The notes under the pieces are model-generated. The model did not search any database, was not told the origin of the DNA, and worked only from the letters and a program-made list of their open reading frames with translations. The position numbers and the translations under genes are program-made. DNA of 64,000 nt from Piromyces finnis finn (Eukaryota; Fungi; Neocallimastigomycota): contig MCFH01000094.1 in NCBI GenBank assembly GCA_002104945.1, positions 1 to 64,000 on the forward strand, read 5' to 3'. Of this stretch, positions 60,215 to 64,000 are shown piece by piece. Position 1 is the stretch's first letter; each line of letters starts with the position of its first letter.

Positions 60215-63200
60215 TTTTGTTGTTAGAAATTAATTTTAGTTAATTTCGGGGAAATATTGAATTATTTGGTATAGAATAATTTGTTGTTGTGATAGTAAAT
60301 ATAGTTTATTAATAGTTAATAAATAGTAATAGTAAAATTAAAAAAAAAAAAAAAAAAATATTTAGTTTAGTTAATTATTTTGTAATTGAGTTGTTAAATT
60401 ATTGGTTGGTTTAATATAATAATATAATAATTAGAAATAGTCAAGTTGAATAGTTTGAATAATTGGAATATTAATTATTGGTTAGTAATTTGTTGTTTAT
60501 TAAGTAATAGTAAAATGGATAGAAATAGTTATTTAAGAATAAACAACCGTAGTGATGGAATAGCTGGAGCCAGTGACGCAGGCTCTGAGGCGAGTTCCAT
60601 GATGGACATTGAGGATGAGACTGGTAAAAGCGTTAACACCAGGGGAAGACTCATCCCAAAACCTCCAAGATTTTCAGGAAAAAGAAGTGAACTTCTTTAC
60701 TTCCTGGCAAGATTGGAGAAATATTTCAAATATAACTTAGAAGAAGATGCTACCGACGCCTACAAGCTGGATATCTTGGGATGCTACCTGGAAGGAACCG
60801 CCGCCGAATGGTTTGCCGACTTGGAAAGAGAAGAAAGCCCCCTGTTGAACTCCTATGAAGATTTTATTGAGGCAATGAAGGCTCGCTATAAAACCTGTAA
60901 CAGTGCCGATGTAGCCAACAGTCGACTTGCAAAGTTAAAATCAAGCCAATTCAAGAACGTCATGGACTACTGCGAGGAATTTGAGAAGATGGCTAGAGAC
61001 TCGTCCTTTAATGATGAAGCAAAGATCCATTTCTTTATGGAAGGTTTACCAACTTCAGTCAAGGAAAAAGCGAAGCTCCTTTACCCAAGAATTAGAAAGA
61101 TAACTGAGTTAATTAATGTTGTTGCTGCCAATGTAGAAGTAGAATGGAAAGTCTTCGGAAAGGATCCTATGGATGTCGACGGAAAGAAGAACCGAAGATA
61201 TAACAGAGACTTAGGAACAAGGTACCTCTCTTATGGTGTAAAATATAGAAATTATGTAGACCAAGAAAACCCTACCACCTCAGCTAAGCCTAGAAAATGT
61301 TTCTTCTGCAAAAGGACTGGACATATTAAGAAGGATTGTCCTCAACTTAAGGATAAGGTTATAAATAGACCAAAAGCGTTTATGGCTACTACCGCTGGAA
61401 GAAGAATGTTAAATGTTTATGACATTCTATTACAAGTCAATAATGGAGTGTATCTTAAGGCTCTTGTGGATTCTGGTTCGGACTTAGACTTTTTGGATTG
61501 GAAAGCCGTGGACAAGTACAAGATCCCATTCCAAAGAATGTTTAAGGATAAGTTTGTTGAAGGTATAGGTGGTAATGGATTCTTGAAGTATGAAACAATT
61601 CCTTTAATCATGAACATCAAGAATCATAAAGAATCCATTCAATTCTACCTTACTGATCTTCCTTCTGGTATTTCTGTCATTCTGGGTAAGAATTGGTTAA
61701 GAAAACACGATCCTACAATTAGCTTTAAGGATCAAACTCTTGAATTCAAATCCGAATTCTGTTCTTTGAATTGCTGTGCTACTCCAGAAGACATGAAAAG
61801 AAGAAATCAAGAAGCGCAATTGGCCAAAGAAGAAAAAAGAAGAAAAGAAAAGGAACTCGTACAAGAAATACTTAACAATTATAAGAATAGTTTAAAAATT
61901 AGAGAAAGTGAAATTAGGAATAAAGAAAATAGAAAAATTATAGATAAAAATAAAAATTCATGTATTAAAAAGAAATGTAGTAAAAATTTAAAATTAAATA
62001 AAAAGAATGTTCAAAAGTATATTGTATGTAGTGTTCTTTCAAATGATGAAAATAGTGGTGAAGATGTTAGAGAAAATATTGTAGAAATTCCAGATGTATA
62101 TAAGGAATTTGAAAATGTATTTGATGAAGTTGAGTGTAATGAACTACCTCCACATCGAATATACGATTGTAAAATAAGATTGAAAGATAAAGATAACTTA
62201 TTTTATGGTCCTTTATACCCTCTAACAGAAGAAGAAAGGAATACGCTAAAGGAGTATATTTCTGAAAATCTAGAAAAAGGATTTATAAGACCGTCTACTT
62301 CACCTGCTGGAGCACCTGTGCTATTTGTTAGGAAAAAGGATGGAACTTTAAGATTGTGTGTTGATTACCGAAGACTCAATGAAAACACAATCAGGGATTC
62401 ATATCCACTACCTCTCATATCTGAATTATTCGATAGATTAAGAGAAGCCAAAGTTTTTACTAAACTTGATCTCAAGTCTGCTTATAATCTAGTTCGAATA
62501 AATGAAGGTGATGAATATAAGACTGCATTTAGGACAAGATTTGGTCACTTTGAATATCTTGTCATGCCGTTTGGATTAAAAAACGCTCCTGCAACTTTCC
62601 AACATTTTATCAATGATGTTCTCGGGGAATACTTGGATGAATTCGCCTTTTCTTATATTGATGATATTCTTATCTATTCGAAAAACTTGGAAGAACACCG
62701 AAAGCATGTAAAGAAAGTTCTTCAAAGATTAAAAGAAAATGGTCTTTATGCGAAACTTAGCAAATGTGAATTTGAAACTTCAGAAACTACTTTCTTAGGG
62801 CATGTTATCTCAGATAAAGGAATCTCTATGGATCCAAAAAAGGTTAAAGCTATTATGGAATGGCCTGTGCCAACATCTGTTAAAGAAGTTCAGTCGTTTA
62901 TTGGATTATGCAATTATTATAGAAGATTTATTCCAAACTTTGCTAGTATTGCTAAACCGTTACATAATCTAACTAAGAAAGATGTCAATTTTCATTGGCC
63001 AGAAGAATGTAATGAAGCTTTTTGTATATTAAAGAAATTCTTTACCGAGGAACCAATTTTAATTCATGCTGATCCTGAATTACCTTTTGTGGTTGAGACA
63101 GATGCAAGTAATTTCGCAATCGGTGCCGTATTATCTCAAAGATTACCGGATAATAACGAGCTTCATCCAATTTGTTATTATTCAAGAGGATTGACTAAAT

Positions 63201-64000
63201 CGGAAAAGAACTACCCAATTTATGATAAAGAACTTTTGGCTGTTATTGAAGCTTTGAAACAATGGAGACATTACTTAGAAGGAGCTAAGCATCAATTTAT
63301 GATCTACACAGATCATAAAAATCTTACTTTTCCAAGGAAGCCCGAATTATTATCGCAAAGACAAATTCGATGGAATTTGTTCTTAACACGTTATGACTTC
63401 AAAATACAATATAGACCGGGTAAAGAAGGTGGAAAACCTTATGCTTTTTCAAGACGCCCTGATTATGAAAAGGAAAAAATTAATAAAGAAGATGAAGAAG
63501 CTTATTCCTGTTTGACAGTCAAAGAAATTGAAGATACTTTATGTCTTGTGTCTATTCGAGGAAATCTTAAAGAAGATTTAATTAAAGAAATTAAAGAAGA
63601 TGAAGAAATTAAAGAGTTAATAAAAATACTACAAGGAAAATCTACCGCAAATAAGAAGTATAAGAAATTAATGAAAAATTTTAAGTTAAGTGAAGAAGGA
63701 ATTCTTTTGTATAAAAGTTTAATTTATGTACCAAAGAAAATGAGAAATACAATAATCTCGATGCATCATGATAATCCAATTCATGGTCATTTTGGTATTA
63801 TCAAAACAAAAGAATTAATTACAAGAAACTTTGTTTGGATAAACATGACTCAAGATATAGTTAAGTTTATTGCTTCTTGTAAAGTTTGTGGAGCTGCTAA
63901 GGTTGATCGTCATAGACCTTATGGACTTTTACAGCCGCTACCAACTCCTGAAAGACCGTGGTCTTCTGTTTCTATGGATTTTATAACTGATTTGCCAAAG
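59309..64000 (+). mobile_element. Ty3/gypsy element D (5' part; runs off the window)
   Basis: 5' LTR 59309-60117 with 11-bp terminal inverted repeat TGTAAAATATT...AATATTTTACA, self-priming PBS 60118-60128, then gag-pol. Confidence 0.93.
60515..64000 (+). CDS. Single-ORF Gag-Pol of element D (partial; absent from the ORF track, apparently because no stop falls in the window)
   Basis: ATG 60515 in frame with PKPPRFSGKR gag, CFFCKRTGHIKKDC, LVDSGS, YIDD, VETDAS, HDNPIHGH...CKVC, ending SMDFITDLPK at 64000. Frame spot-checked, not every codon. Confidence 0.9.
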   Translation, partial: MDRNSYLRINNRSDGIAGASDAGSEASSMMDIEDETGKSVNTRGRLIPKPPRFSGKRSELLYFLARLEKYFKYNLEEDATDAYKLDILGCYLEGTAAEWFADLEREESPLLNSYEDFIEAMKARYKTCNSADVANSRLAKLKSSQFKNVMDYCEEFEKMARDSSFNDEAKIHFFMEGLPTSVKEKAKLLYPRIRKITELINVVAANVEVEWKVFGKDPMDVDGKKNRRYNRDLGTRYLSYGVKYRNYVDQENPTTSAKPRKCFFCKRTGHIKKDCPQLKDKVINRPKAFMATTAGRRMLNVYDILLQVNNGVYLKALVDSGSDLDFLDWKAVDKYKIPFQRMFKDKFVEGIGGNGFLKYETIPLIMNIKNHKESIQFYLTDLPSGISVILGKNWLRKHDPTISFKDQTLEFKSEFCSLNCCATPEDMKRRNQEAQLAKEEKRRKEKELVQEILNNYKNSLKIRESEIRNKENRKIIDKNKNSCIKKKCSKNLKLNKKNVQKYIVCSVLSNDENSGEDVRENIVEIPDVYKEFENVFDEVECNELPPHRIYDCKIRLKDKDNLFYGPLYPLTEEERNTLKEYISENLEKGFIRPSTSPAGAPVLFVRKKDGTLRLCVDYRRLNENTIRDSYPLPLISELFDRLREAKVFTKLDLKSAYNLVRINEGDEYKTAFRTRFGHFEYLVMPFGLKNAPATFQHFINDVLGEYLDEFAFSYIDDILIYSKNLEEHRKHVKKVLQRLKENGLYAKLSKCEFETSETTFLGHVISDKGISMDPKKVKAIMEWPVPTSVKEVQSFIGLCNYYRRFIPNFASIAKPLHNLTKKDVNFHWPEECNEAFCILKKFFTEEPILIHADPELPFVVETDASNFAIGAVLSQRLPDNNELHPICYYSRGLTKSEKNYPIYDKELLAVIEALKQWRHYLEGAKHQFMIYTDHKNLTFPRKPELLSQRQIRWNLFLTRYDFKIQYRPGKEGGKPYAFSRRPDYEKEKINKEDEEAYSCLTVKEIEDTLCLVSIRGNLKEDLIKEIKEDEEIKELIKILQGKSTANKKYKKLMKNFKLSEEGILLYKSLIYVPKKMRNTIISMHHDNPIHGHFGIIKTKELITRNFVWINMTQDIVKFIASCKVCGAAKVDRHRPYGLLQPLPTPERPWSSVSMDFITDLPK

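Noticed and set aside
60170-60218. Poly(A) retroposon tail in element D leader
   Set aside because: No body, TSD or similarity to the SINE families; treated as a homopolymer run.

Overview
Extremely AT-rich eukaryotic DNA with GT-AG introns. Base composition, intron style, Pmp-like beta-helix and ankyrin-repeat genes, and abundant LTR elements suggest an anaerobic gut fungus (Neocallimastigomycota); this is an inference. About 1-31 kb is gene-rich: a Pmp-repeat surface protein (partial), an ERF4-like membrane protein, a 9-exon PH-like/Cys-rich gene, IMP3 and DJ-1 (divergent), an intronless 532-aa orphan, BET5/TRAPPC1 and an ankyrin protein, plus one intact young Ty1/copia element. About 32-64 kb has no host protein gene I could detect and is a nest of retroelements: three Ty3/gypsy elements, solo/partial LTRs, gag relics, poly(A) retroposons and two tRNA genes. 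Main findings read from the sequence: (1) all three gypsy families carry Tf1-type self-priming sites, each with a different 11-12 nt primer; (2) the copia element has a PBS matching the anticodon arm of tRNA-Lys(CUU) and TG...TA LTR ends; (3) a tRNA-Ala-like-headed, poly(A)-tailed SINE-like family is present in three copies of different age, one nested in another retroposon with clean TSDs; (4) insertions repeatedly fall within about 30 bp of LTR termini. All alignments were made by eye; no database search was run.
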